Positions 12,661-25,444 are shown, counted from the stretch's first letter. The stretch: 64,000 nt of DNA from Octopus sinensis (GCF_006345805.1 NC_043013.1:1984001-2048000), one strand, 5' to 3'. The notes: generated from the sequence alone by a model not told the origin. Translations and numbers: made by a program.

Positions 12661-13215
12661 TGTCCTCATGCAGTACCAGGCAGTGGCTCTCATGGCTTCT
12701 GATCTTAACTGATTGGAAGTGTTATCATGTACATTGTTTTGTCTTGGTATAAAAGATGGACTACAGCAAATATTCTGCTCAATACCACAGATTTGCTTGT
12801 CAGTTGTTTGACCTTAACCAGTTGAGCATGTCCCTTAGTGGCTGACGATATGTGCATCTCTGATCACGAGCAGAAGTAGTGGGGGAGCATCATAGCCATG
12901 TGTTGAGAGGGATTCTTTGGGGTTTGGATAATTCACCTTTGGAAATATGGGTATTTCGTTCAACATCCTTAAACAATCCTTATGCAGCGACCTTTTGGGC
13001 GGGATGGGCTACTCGACCAGAAAATTCTAACTGGGCCCCACCAGCAAGGTCATGTGCTGTTTATCTTGATATGAGATCACCATGTCACGCACATATGGTT
13101 GTGATGCATGTGCCTGGTGTACCCTTATCAAGCGGGTAGTCATGATGGGTATACTGGGCTTCGTATATTTTACCCCAGTGTCACTTTGATGGCATGCTCT
13201 GCTGCACTCTAACTC

Positions 13216-13272
<57 letters not shown>
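12661..13272 (+). mobile_element. Probable 3' portion of an interspersed retroposon ending in (AAT)n
   Basis: About 550 bp of non-coding sequence ending in a long (AAT)n tail. Family not identified. Confidence 0.45.
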
Positions 13273-13274
<2 letters not shown>

Positions 13275-13326
13275 TCACATCGAAAAATACCTTAGGAATG
13301 AGAACCCAGGTTCGAAATTTTACCAA

Positions 13327-13372
13327 GATACCTGAGGAAGGCTGGAGGGTATATCAGCCGAAACGTTGTGTT
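13327..13372 (+). ncRNA. Minimal type I hammerhead ribozyme-like motif
   Basis: Stem I GATAC/GTGTT; core CTGAGGA plus an extra A; stem II GGCTG/CAGCC; GAA; palindromic ACGT in place of stem III; cleavage triplet GTT. Confidence 0.65.
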
Positions 13373-13843
13373 TACAACAAACAAAATGAAGGCAAATATC
13401 CGTGAAATAAATAATGTGAATAATGTACCATTAACAACGCCAACAGTAAAACAAATACCTGCCGAAGAAATACTCCTCCCCTATTCGGACAACGATGGAA
13501 ATAAGGAGGGAGATGCATACAAACAGCCACACGAAAAAAAAAAGAAAAGGAAAAGACAGAAAGAAACAGGCAGGTACGAGGAAATGGAGGAGGGAACGAA
13601 CAACAACACACCATGCATAAACTCACCTACACACACACACACAGCTACTAATAACATCATACCCGCCACTACCACCACAACCATCACAAACCTAACATAA
13701 CCTACATACACAACAGATGGACTGCGTTCCACTAAATGATCATCAACACGACATTATAAATCTCACGGTTGTAAGCACAAAACATAACGAATTAACAGAA
13801 CACATCCACAAACACATGGATATTAATGAAGCCAATGACGTCA

Positions 13844-14367
13844 CACCAACCACAAATGTTTCTTATTTCTTTACTACCCACAAGGGGCTAAACCCAGAGA
13901 GGACAAACAAGGACAGACAAACGGATTAAGTCGATTATATCGACCCCAGTGCGTAACTGGTACTTATTTAATCGACCCCGAAAGGATGAAAGGCAAAGTC
14001 GACCTCGGCGGAATTTGAACTCAGAACGTAACGGCAGACGAAATACGGCTACGCATTTCGCCCGGCGTGCTAACCACTCTGCCAGCTCGCCGCCTTCCAC
14101 CAACCACAAATGTTTCTTATTTCTTTACTACCCACAAGGGGCTAAACCCAGAGAGGACAAACAAGGACAGACAAACGGATTAAGTCGATTATATCGACCC
14201 CAGTGCGTAACTGGTACTTATTTAATCGACCCCGAAAGGATGAAAGGCAAAGTCGACCTCGGCGGAATTTGAACTCAGAACGTAACGGCAGACGAAATAC
14301 GGCTACGCATTTCGCCCGGCGTGCTAACCACTCTGCCAGCTCGCCGCCTTCCACCAACCACAAATGT
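13844..14367 (-). mobile_element. Identical tandem dimer of SINE family A separated and flanked by a 16-bp direct repeat
   Basis: CACCAACCACAAATGT at 13844, 14098 and 14352 (254-bp period). The ORF track shows the same peptide offset by 254. Confidence 0.9.
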
Positions 14368-14431
14368 ACCGGCACACAAAAAAATATTCAAAGCTACTCA
14401 AAACGACTACAAAATTTTGAAATCTAGATTA

Positions 14432-14830
14432 CAGTGATCCCTCGCTACTTCGCGGTTCAACTATTGCGGATTCACGACTTCGCGGATTTTCAACCAGGGA
14501 CGTCCGGTGATTCACGACCTAAAAAACGTCCTTTTTCTCCTAGCAAAGGTTGGTTTGTTAAGTTTCAGAAAGGTTTCGGCCTGAAAGGCGTTTCCCTGCA
14601 TGGTGAGGCTGCTTCTGCGGACACAAGCGCTGCTGAAACATACGCGAATGAAACTTTCAAGATTATCTCCGAAGGTGGATACAAGCTCGAAAAAGTTTTT
14701 GATATGGACGCGGCGGGCTTGTTTTGGAAAAGAATGCCGTCGCAAACTTTCCTGTTTAAAGAAGAAGCAAAAGCCTCTGGCTTGAAAGCATACAAAGATC
14801 GTGTGACTCGAATGAAGAAATAAGAGGATT
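14432..14830 (+). mobile_element. Internally deleted Tigger/pogo-type DNA transposon (transposase fragment)
   Basis: TA followed by a TIR-like CAGTGATCCCTCGC. Peptide SKGWFVKFQK...LHGEAASAD...VFDMDAAGLFWKRMPSQTF...KAYKDRVT is typical of TIGD/pogo DDE transposases. Confidence 0.85.
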
Positions 14831-14895
14831 TTTTCCAAAATTCTTACGACATTCTTTTCTCAATATTCATTTCTGTACATCACACCTAACACTTT

Positions 14896-15397
<502 letters not shown>

Positions 15398-15560
15398 GGG
15401 CGGGCTTCTTTCAGTTTCCGTCTACCACATTCACTCACAAGGCTTTGGTCGGCCCGAAGCTATAGTAGAAGACACTTGCCCAAAGTGCCATGCAGTGGGA
15501 CTGAACCCAGAACCATGCACTTGGAAAGCAAGCGTCTTACCACACAGCCACGGCTGCGCC
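15398..15560 (-). mobile_element. SINE family B, 5' half
   Basis: GGGCTTCTTTCAGTTTCCGTCTACC...GACACTTGCCCAA...ACCACACAGCCAC. Confidence 0.8.
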
Positions 15561-15799
15561 TTTAGATAACAACTTATCTTTTTCTTTTCTTTTTTCTCTC
15601 TCTTTACTCATTTAAAGTAGAATATGTTTGAGTGAAGAAGGTACGAAGCATTGAAACAAGTTTAGTAAATGGTTGAAAGATATTTCCTGGACAATTTTCT
15701 AGTTGAGTCATGTTTTTGAGAAAGTATTCATGAGCATTATTATTAGCAGCCGACAGGGGAAGAAATGAAAACAACGAGAGGCTTACTGAAAACAGGCGT

Positions 15800-15848
<49 letters not shown>

Positions 15849-16089
15849 GAGAGTAGACAAGTCAGAAAAGTATTATTCTCTCTCTTTTCTTGTCTGTCCA
15901 CTTTCTGTTTCTGAGAACACATTCTTTGAGTAATCCGGAGCAAGACGACAGAGAACTAAATAGCAAAACAGCACAAACAAAAACAGCCTCTGAGTGAGGG
16001 TGAATGTGTGTGTGTGTAATTTAGATTTACGTATATGTGTGTGTATGAGTGCGTATGTGTGTGTGCGTGTGTATGTATATATATATATA

Positions 16090-16140
16090 TAGTTTTGTCT
16101 TTTTCATCCATTTTGTTTCTTTTTTATTTCTTGGGCGTGA

Positions 16141-16191
<51 letters not shown>

Positions 16192-16237
16192 CCTAAGAAA
16201 TAAAAAAGAAACAAAATGGATGAAAAAGACAAAACTA
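16090..16237. repeat. Near-perfect 148-bp palindrome centred on (TA)n
   Basis: TAGTTTTGTCTTTTTCATCCATTTTGTTTCTTTTTTATTTCTTGGGCGTGAGTG...(TA)n...CACACACGCCTAAGAAATAAAAAAGAAACAAAATGGATGAAAAAGACAAAACTA, with 2 mismatches. Confidence 0.95.
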
Positions 16238-17647
16238 AGATAGAACGAGTTAGTGAGAGAGAAAAATGAATGAATGAATGAAATAAAAAGAATACAAGAG
16301 AGAGAGAGAAAGTTAGCGGGAGAGGAAATGACGGCTGAAACTGGAGCTTTGACACAGAAATTCAGCTTTTGTAAAAGACAAATATATAAAAGTAGAGCGC
16401 TGCTGATATATAAAGTTGCTCGTCTAATCATTTCCTACGGCCGCCAGTCAATTACCAACTTATTACCAAACGAGCAAATTGTTATTTTTGAACTTATTCT
16501 CACACATAAAATACTTTCATACAACTTTTATTTATTATGTTAGAATTATGTCCGTCGGTCTTAGTTCGTTGTTTATCGTACACATTCGTGTCGTCTGTTT
16601 TCTGTCATATTCTTTTTTGTTTTTATTCTTTTACTGGTTTCAGTCGTTCTATGGTAAATTAGATCGAGCCGAGTGTTTATTTTTATCGGCCACGGAATAA
16701 TGAAAAGCAATGAAAACCTGGTCGAGGTTTGAACTCAGAACGTAAAGGGATGTAAGCAAATACTCAATGACGTAGCTAGAGTGTGTGTCGCCCGGGTCCA
16801 TCCCTTGGGTTTGCCGCCCCATCTCCTATGCCCAAGTCCTGTACAGGCTTACACAACAGTCCCAAAAGTGCTACCCCATAAAAGTGTCGCTCGGGGCGAA
16901 CCGCTTCTTGTCCTCTACTCAAAAGTCACGCTACTACAAAACCATTAACTTACAGCTATGTAATAATATAAATCTTAAGCCAGTCTCTCAACCACCACTC
17001 CCCACTGTGACCTCTATGGTACCAACAACACCAGATTTCCTTATTAGAATATTGTGTATTTCCAAATTCACAACCGATCTATTGAACTATGAATGTGCTT
17101 CTTTTTGTTTTCAACGCTTTCTCGACTCAGTCTTTCACAGAAGAAACGGTTAAGCGGATTAAGAGTTTATTTCGGTTCTTTGTTCGCATTCCATCGAAGT
17201 GACTTCGCCCTTCATCCTTTCTGGGATGGACGAAATAACCATCCTGTATACATCGTTAAAATTTGTCACATTATTGTAATAATACATTGCCGCCCACTGA
17301 GCTTCTTGATGGTGTAGAAATGGACACCGTTGCATCATGGGTATTTTGGGGACTGAGTAGAAAGTGAATAATCGCTCCCCCCCCCATACAGGACTGGTAC
17401 TTTATTTAATTCCTTGGCCCCGAAAGAAACACGATTTGAACTCGGGGAGCAAAAAGCTGGGCCAATTACTGTAAGGCAATTCTAATCGACGCTCAAATGA
17501 CTCTACCAATTGGCTGCGTATATTAATGGTAGGCATCAAATGTATTTGTAATGTATTTGTAGACAAAAGCAAAAAAAAACGAAAAATCACAAGTGGCTGA
17601 CGAGACGAGTAAACAGAATGCTCTTCATATATATAAAAAAAACAAAA

Positions 17648-18055
17648 GGCGTAGGAGTGGCTGTGTGGTAAGTAGCTTACAAACGAACCACATGGTTCCG
17701 GGTTCAGTCCCACTCCGTGGCACCTTGGGTAAGTGTCTTCTACTATAGCCTCGGGCCGACCTAAGCCTTGTTAGTGGATTTGGTAGACGGAAACTGAAAG
17801 AAGCTCGTCGTATATATGTTTATATATATATATATGTGTGTATGTTTGTGTGTGTCTATGTTTTTCCCCCACCCCAACATCGCTTGACAACCAATGCTGG
17901 TGTGTTTACGTCCCCGTAACTTAGCGGTTCGGCCAAAGAGACCGATAGAATAAGTACTAGGTTTACAAAGAATAAGTCCTGGAGTCGATTTCCTCGACTA
18001 AAGGCGGTGCTCCAGCATGGCCACAGTCAAATGACTGAAACAAGTAAATGAGTAT
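17648..18055 (+). mobile_element. Full-length SINE family B (reference copy)
   Basis: Head GGCGTAGGAGTGGCTGTGTGGTAAG...GGTTCAGTCCC, CORE-like GGCACCTTGGG.AAGTGTCTT, central (TA)/(TG) tract, and tail ...CAGTCAAATGACTGAAACAAGTAAA. Confidence 0.9.
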
Positions 18056-18313
18056 GAGTAGAGTTAAACAAAAAAGGATCAACACGGAATCGAACCAGTA
18101 AAGTTTCGATTCCAGTGTTGAAAATAATTCATTTTATTTAAACTTTACTTAATTCTTACCACATCCTATTTATCCTTTTTTTCACATATGAAGAGCATTC
18201 TGTTTCGCCCATGCTTCTGTCGTGCAAGCCTTCCAATAACTATCTGTAAATGTTGTTGTATCACCGAACACACAACCCATTCAAGGAAGCTCAGTGAGTG
18301 CCCAACGATATGC

Positions 18314-18606
18314 AGATAATATACACCTATCATCATCATCATCATTGTTCGACCGTGGTCGAGACAATGGAATTTACCATACTACGCCAGACTTCACGGT
18401 CCATCATAGCATTACGGAGGTCCTGTTGTTGGATGCCTGTATCCCTGGAGATTACATCAGGGTAGGAGAGTGTGCGCCCTCTGGTATTGCGAGTAGATGG
18501 CTTCCAGAGGAGAAGAGTAGAAATTACTTCTTTTTCAGCTCTACAACAATGTCCAGCAAACTGGACTCTCCTACCTTTCACAAGAGATAATATACACCTA
18601 TCATCA
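18314..18606 (-). mobile_element. 5'-truncated RTE-type LINE with (GAT)n tail and 22-bp target-site duplication
   Basis: Peptide RRVQFAGHCCRAEKEVISTLLLWKP...RGRTLSYPDVISRDTG...MMDREVWR. AGATAATATACACCTATCATCA occurs at 18314-18335 and 18585-18606. Confidence 0.85.
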
Positions 18607-18789
18607 ATCTCCATTTTAAGCAGAACGGTAGCTCTGTAAAAGAAACGGGCTGGGAAAAACACCTTTACCAACGAACAGTTTTCCAGCCTATGCTGAACTT
18701 CAATGTATTTCTTTGTCTCAGCAAAAAGAGTATGTCGACAACCACGTTTTATGACTTCTAACGGCAGATGGGTTTCTGATCAACCTCAC

Positions 18790-19375
18790 TGAGAAAATGA
18801 CCAGCGACCGAGACCTTTGGAAATATGCTGTGCGTGAGAAGACCAGGCAGGACAAGTGAGCCCAGCCCACTTATGCATGCCTTTCCTCCCTTGGACACAC
18901 AAAGACCTGTTGAGGCAAGCGAAGTCGATATCGAACCTCATCCGACGACAGGCACCCATGCCAACCCCCCTTTGCTTGCGAAGACATGTTGGGGAAAGTG
19001 AAATCGAAATCGGAATCGAAATTGAACCAATCCTATGACTGGCACCCGGCAGATGCTAGGACCCCTGGACTGGTGGTACGTAAAAAGCACTATCCGAATC
19101 GTGGCCGATGCCAGTGCCGCCTCGACTGGCTTCCGTGCCGGTGGCACGTAAAATGCACCAATCCGACCGTGGCCGTTGCCAGCCTTGCCTGGCACCTATG
19201 CCGTTGGTACGTAAAAAGCACCCACTACACTCACGGAGTGGTTGGCGTTAGGAAGGGCATCTTGCTGTAGAAACACTGCCAGATAAGACTGGAGCCTGGT
19301 GCAGCCTTCTGGCTTCCCAGATCCCCGGTCGAACCGTCCAACCCGGACGTTAAACGATGATGATGATGATGATGG
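18790..19375 (+). mobile_element. RTE LINE 3' end and 3' UTR with (GAT)n tail
   Basis: GACCGAGACCTTTGGAAATATGCTGTG...AAGACC matches the ORF end at 52090-52150. Internal GTGCCGGTGGCACGTAAAA repeats are present. Confidence 0.75.
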
Positions 19376-20112
19376 TACTTGACCTTACTACAATATAACA
19401 GAAAAGCAGATGCTCCAATTTAATCAGATGTTTCTCTTTGATAATTTACAGCCGTTAAAATGGAATACGACAACGAAGCGATGCACTCGCGAGCCATCTC
19501 TACTCAGAATTTCAGAAGTAGCTTCCCTTTCGGTTTACTTTTAGGAAGATCCGTCCCTCTGATAGTTATCTCTACCGGTTCTTGGTTACGTGAAAGTTTG
19601 GGCCAAACCAAACCCAATCAAACCACAAATAATTTATACAACCATCGGTCACAGCTTCCAATGTCCGTTAACATGAACGAGCTTCTGCCGTTTTCCAGAT
19701 GTAGGGTCACTAATATCATTTCGTTATCTTGTCTTCTGTAATCTGCTTACATTTGCTCTCACCCACCGGGCCCCACTTAGCGGCACTTTTGGATCTGTCG
19801 TATAAGCCTTGGTTTACACTGCAGATTCAAAAGTGTTGCCTATAAAAGCATTAGCCGAAGGGGACCACCCCATTTCCCTAGCAATGATACTGGTCACGTT
19901 GGCATCCAGCAAGTGTGAAAGTCACTTGCACCATTGTGCGTCAGCTACCGAACAACTGGAGAAAAACAGACGAGATTGGTGGTAAAGTACGCTGTCTCCA
20001 TTTTGTCCCTTTCTCGAAACAATTCAGTGAAGTCATTTCGAAGACAATGTCGCACATCTGATCTATAAGTGACAAATGGCTAAAAGCAAGTTTGTGTTTA
20101 TAGTACCTCATT

Positions 20113-20164
<52 letters not shown>

Positions 20165-20699
20165 ATTCCACCTGGTTATATTTAAATTTATTTGACTGTA
20201 ACTAAGGAAGATGATGCTTAACGTGAAAAAATGACTATTCCTCTGTTTTAGTGTTTGTTGTGTCATTCAATTTAAATAAAAGATGTCACTTCTTGTTCCG
20301 TTCCTCTCTGTTCCTCTTCCTCTCTTTTCCCCTTCCTCTCTTTTCTTTCTTCTTCCTTCTTATCCGGTAACAGCATTTGTCCCTGATTATATAAGTACAA
20401 ACACAACGACCTACATGTGTGCGTTCTTTGCCTGTTGATTTTTTTTTTCTCTGCATATAAATAGTTAAACTTACGTTGAAATTTTGGAATATCCTGTGGA
20501 TAAAATGGTGAGTTGTTGACTTAACCTAAAAAACCCCCCAAAAAACTGAAGCTATCAGACAGATCTAAACACCATCGTTTCTGAGTGTCCAAAAGTCATA
20601 ATGGAACTATGCATAGATCGTTTTCATATGGCGCTGAGAATCAAGTTGCACATTCTCGCTTGTACGCTACTTCTTAGTGTATGTATGTAAGTAGGCAAC

Positions 20700-20886
20700 A
20701 AGGACAAACAAACGGATTAAGTCGATTACATCGACCCCAGTGCGTAACTGGTACTTAGTTTATCGATCCCGAAAGGATGAAAGGCAAAGTCGACCTCGGC
20801 GGAATTTGAATTCACAACATAACGGCAGACGAAATACGGCTACACATTTCGCCCGACGTGCTAACGTTTCTGCCAGCTCGCCGCCT
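20700..20886 (-). mobile_element. SINE family A
   Basis: Reverse complement of the family A consensus. Confidence 0.85.
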
Positions 20887-21279
20887 TATAAGACATATAT
20901 AATGCAAAACTACCATAAAGACTGCAATAGTTAAAAAAAAAAAGAAGAAAAAAAAAACAGAAATAAAACTTAAAAGTTTATTCTTTCTGTGCTGCCGGAA
21001 CGAAATGATTCGCAGCCTGTTGGTTAGGGACTTCTGATAACGCTATCTGCAAAAGATTTGGTGGAATGCATTGTAGATAAAATAATTATGCCAAAACCAT
21101 TGCTAATGGAGCTTTGTTATGACATGGGATCGAGACGTATTTGTCAAATGTGAAATGTTTAAGAAACTGAGCTAATAAAATGGTTTAGCATAAACTCACG
21201 TTCTCTCTTCCAGTAACCGAGTTAACGGAAGCTGCAGGTTAAGCGGTTGCGGTTTTCCCTGTGTCTGTGCATTGTATAG

Positions 21280-21850
21280 GCGCAGCCGTGGCTCAAGGGT
21301 TAAGAAGATCGCTTTGTAATGATACGGTTTCGCGTTCAGCCCCACTGCGCGACACCTTGAGCAAGTGTCTACTACTATAATCCCGGGTCGATCACTGCCT
21401 ATGTGAGTGAATTTAGTTGGGTGACGGAAACCGTGTGGAAGCCCGTTGTATAAATACTTATTCTGCTATATTTTCATCAAATGTGATCTCAAAAAGTACA
21501 CGAAGACGTTGAAAAGTGCTGTGCAGCCTCAAATGAATTAAAATAGAAAATGATCTTCCAGTTTCCCACATGGTAAAGTATAGAAATGTGTCATTCAGAG
21601 AAAATGTTTTACTGTAATTCTCTTGAGAGATTTGTGAACAGAACAACGTCTCTTTGGAGTAAAATCTTCCAAATATTATGTATCCTATGTATCCAGTTAT
21701 ATATACAGCTGGAGTGGCTGTGTAGGAAGAAGCTTGCTTCCCAACCACATAGTTCTGGGTTCAGTCCCACGGCACCTTGGGCAAGTGTCTTCTACTTTAG
21801 CCTCGGGTCGACCAAAGCCGTGTGAGTGGAGTTATAGACAAAAATCGAAA
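21280..21850 (+). mobile_element. Two degenerate SINE family B 5' halves (21280-21450, 21712-21850)
   Basis: GTGGCTGTGT...GGTTCAGTCCCAC...CACCTTGGGCAAGTGTCT motifs. Confidence 0.7.
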
Positions 21851-22206
21851 GAAGTCCGTCGGTTACGACGACGAGGGTTCCAGTTGATCCGATCAACGGA
21901 ACAGCTTGCTTGTGAAATTAACGTGCAAGTGGCTGAGCACTCCACAGACACGTGAACCCTTAACGTAGTTCTCGGGGAGATTCAGCGTGACACAGAGTGT
22001 GGCAAAGCTGGCCCTTCGAAATACAGGTAGAACAGAAACGGGAAGAGTGAGAGAAAGTTGTGGTGAAAAAGTACAACAGGGTTCGCCGCCAGCCCCTGCT
22101 GGAGCCTCGTGGAGCTTTTAAGTGTTTTTGCTCAATAAACGCTCACAATGCCCGGTCTGGGAATCGAAACCGCGAGTCCGCTGCCCTAACCATGGCCCAT
22201 TGTGCC
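21846..22206 (-). mobile_element. SINE family D
   Basis: Colinear with 9177-9556. Confidence 0.85.
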
Positions 22207-22269
22207 TACACACACGCACACACACATATATTTATATTTACATACAAACATACATATATATATATATAT

Positions 22270-22540
22270 GAGGGCGCAAGGTTTAGTGGTTAGGGAAAAA
22301 CATTGTCTTCTTGAGCAAGACACTTCACCTCATGTTACTCTGCGATCACTTCGATACCTGACGTGTGATACACAGTGCACCTGTTCAGACAACGTGTCGG
22401 ACTCGGTGGAGAGAAGTGCGCTAATGCGTGGTACGATCATTTGATCACTAGAAACAATTCTTTTGTGCCGGTCGTTCGGCCAAAGCTGAACGCTGATGTG
22501 TCGTCTTTCGTGGGTGAGTCCATTATATACACACACTTGT
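22270..22540 (+). mobile_element. Degenerate tRNA-derived SINE (family E)
   Basis: A-box-like TTTAGTGGTTAGG followed by CTTGAGCAAGACACTT. The body differs from families A-D. Confidence 0.5.
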
Positions 22541-22554
22541 GTACGTGTGCACAC

Positions 22555-23110
22555 GACTGAGCTTTCGCGACTTTGAGCTTGCGTGACTTTGAACTTGCGC
22601 GACTTTGAGCTTGCGTGACTTTGAGCTTGCGTGACTTTGAACTTGCGCGACTTTGAGCTTGCGTGACTTTGAGCTTGCGTGACTTTGAGCTTTCGCGACT
22701 TTGAGTTTGCGTGACTTTGAACTTGCGCGACTTTGAGCTTGCGTGACTTTGAGCTTGCGTGACTTTGAGCTTTCGCGACTTTGAGCTTGCGTGACTTTGA
22801 ACTTGCGCGACTTTGAGCTTGCGTGACTTTGAACTTGCGCGACTTTGAGCTTGCGTGACTTTGAGCTTGCGTGACTTTGAGCTTTCGCGACTTTGAGCTT
22901 GCGTGACTTTGAACTTGCGCGACTTTGAGCTTGCGTGACTTTGAGCTTGCGTGACTTTGAGCTTTCGCGACTTTGAGCTTGCGTGACTTTGAACTTGCGC
23001 GACTTTGAGCTTGCGTGACTTTGAACTTGCGTGACTTTGAGCTTGCGTGACTTTGAGCTTGCGTGACTTTGAGCTTTCGCGACTTTGAGCTTGCGTGACT
23101 TTGAGCTTGC
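22555..23110. repeat. 16-bp minisatellite, ~35 units (GACTTTGAGCTTGCGT and two variants)
   Basis: Parsed directly from the sequence. The 290-aa and 196-aa ORFs (SSKSRKLKVTQAQSH) are by-products of 3 x 16 = 48 bp periodicity. Confidence 0.95.
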
Positions 23111-23334
23111 CACTCCCCGTACCGCTTGATAACCGGTGTTGGCTTGTTTATGTCGCCGTAGTTTAGCGGTCCAGCATAAGGGACCAACAGAATAAGTGCC
23201 AAACTTTTAGAAAATCATAAGTACTGAGGTTTATTTGTTCGATTAAAACCCTTCGAGGCGTTGCTCCAGCATGACCGCAGCCCAGGAACTGAAACAAGTA
23301 AAAGATAAAAGACAAAAGTTATACTTTAAAATGA

Positions 23335-23386
23335 TCAGCTCCTGTCAAACCGTCCAACCCATGCCAGCATGGAAAACGGATGTTAA

Positions 23387-23430
<44 letters not shown>

Positions 23431-23675
23431 AATTATGATGATGATGATGACGAAGCTAACCCCGCTGGTGTTGGTGCCACGTAAAAAAAGCACCCAGCAC
23501 ACTCTGTAAAGTGGTTGGCGTCAGGAAGGGCATCCAGCAGCCTTGGAAACTATGTCAAAGCAGACAACGGTGTCTGGTGCAGCAGCTCTCTGATTTACCA
23601 GCTCCTGTCAAACCGTCCAACCCATGCCAGCCTGAAAAAAAGGCATTAAATGTTGATGATGATGATGATGATGAT
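23335..23675 (+). mobile_element. RTE-type 3' tails with (GAT)n, partially duplicated
   Basis: CAGCTCCTGTCAAACCGTCCAACCCATGCCAGC...GATGATGAT occurs twice. GTGCCACGTAAAAAAAGCACC is present. Confidence 0.7.
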
Positions 23676-24368
23676 GTATTAAACGATGCATTAAATGTGC
23701 CATCTTTCGGAAAGTCATTCTACAAGAGAAGAGAAACGATTTTTAATTTAATTTATTCATTGGAAAGAGAAAAAAAAAGTAGGTGGAATTTTTTCTTTCT
23801 TTCTTTTTTAAATTTTTATTCATTTCTTTTGTTTTGTTTTGTTTTCTTTTCTGTTTTGTCTTTTTCGTATTTGCTCTGATGACGAATCTGCATGTGTGGT
23901 CGGTTCTGGTTTTGTCGCAAGAAAAAGAAAATGAAAACCAGGATGTTGAAAAACTATCCACCTTTGCTTTCAACAACACGCAGTAACAGTGAAATGGTAT
24001 ACTCCAAGATCTGGAATTAGTTGTAAATGATAGTATAAAACTAGTTAATGTTTATTAAGTGAAGCCGGAAAAAACTGCCTGGATCTTCAATTTATGGTAA
24101 GGAAATATCGGAAGTGGACATGCAATTTGACACAATATATTGAAGAGCGTTGGTGATTATGCAGGAAAATGTTGGTGTGACTCGTCGATTTTCGCAAAGG
24201 AATTTGGTTATTTCCGTTTGAATATGCTCTTTCAACAACAACAACAGCAAAAGATCAGTCTTGGAGGGTAAAAATGGAAAGGCTCTGAGATATATTTACT
24301 TACATGAATGAAATTATTCTTACAGTGCTGGGCGTCGATATATGATTCCAAAGAACAACGAATGTATG

Positions 24369-24409
<41 letters not shown>

Positions 24410-24416
<7 letters not shown>

Positions 24417-24740
24417 CGATGGGCTTCTTTCAGTTTCCGTCTACCAAATCCACTCACAATGCTTTGGTCGGCCCGAGGCTATAGTGGAAGACACTTGTCC
24501 AAGTTGCTACGCATAGGGACTGAACCCGGAACCAGGTGGAAGCTACTTACCACAGAGCCACTATATCAAGGCGCAGGCGTGGGGCTGTGTGGTAAGAAGC
24601 TTGCTTCCCAACCTCATGTTTCCGGGTTCAGTCCCACTGCCTGAGACCTGGGGCCAATGTCTTCTCCTATAGTCTTGGCCCGACCAAAGCCTTGAGAGTG
24701 GATTTGGTAGACGGAAACTGAAAGAAATACGTCGTATGAT
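24410..24740. mobile_element. Head-to-head pair of SINE family B 5' halves
   Basis: Minus copy at 24410-24570 and plus copy at 24575-24740. Confidence 0.75.
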
Positions 24741-24783
24741 ATATATATATATGTGTGTGTGTGTGTGTATGTGTGTGTGTGTA

Positions 24784-24816
<33 letters not shown>

Positions 24817-25117
24817 ATGTATGTATGTATGTATGTAGAAGGTTGAAAAAGAACACATGAGTTGATATATATATGGCAAAAAAAAGTCAAGGTAGAAAAT
24901 GCTAAAATAATTTAAAGAAAAACATTTCAGTACCAGTTTCAGTCATTGAGACTTTTCAACTGTAAGTATGGAAAACAATTAAATTTTGGAAAAGTTGAAA
25001 AAAAAACTTTTTAAAAGAATATTTGCATAGTATTCAAATACAAGGGGCATTTTCCTTGTTTCTGCCTGTCTCTGTCTCTCTTGTGGGTTCAAGGTCGTTG
25101 TGAATTCTTGGCAGAGA

Positions 25118-25152
<35 letters not shown>

Positions 25153-25209
25153 TATCTGTATATGCATGTGCGCACGATTGTGTGTGTATTATTCCCTCCC
25201 CCCTCCCCC

Positions 25210-25444
25210 GGATCTTTTCCTTTTGATGGACGGAATTTTCTAGTTAACTAAACAATTTGAAACTTCGTATACTGGTAGAATGTGTCAAAAGAAAACATTA
25301 TTGTAAACAAAATTGAAAACAAAATTGTAATTTGTAAGTTTAACGTAGTTTAATTCTTCGAATTTTAACCAATGAAATGCCAGCATTTGAGCTCAAATCA
25401 TTTGCTGCGTCTAAAATCTCAGACAATATCCTGTTGCAACGTAA

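Noticed and set aside
22330-23202. 290-aa and 196-aa Ser/Lys-rich repeat ORFs (histone H1- or protamine-like look)
   Set aside because: They are a by-product of a 16-bp unit (not a multiple of 3) that lacks stops. The ORF ends run into SINE sequence.
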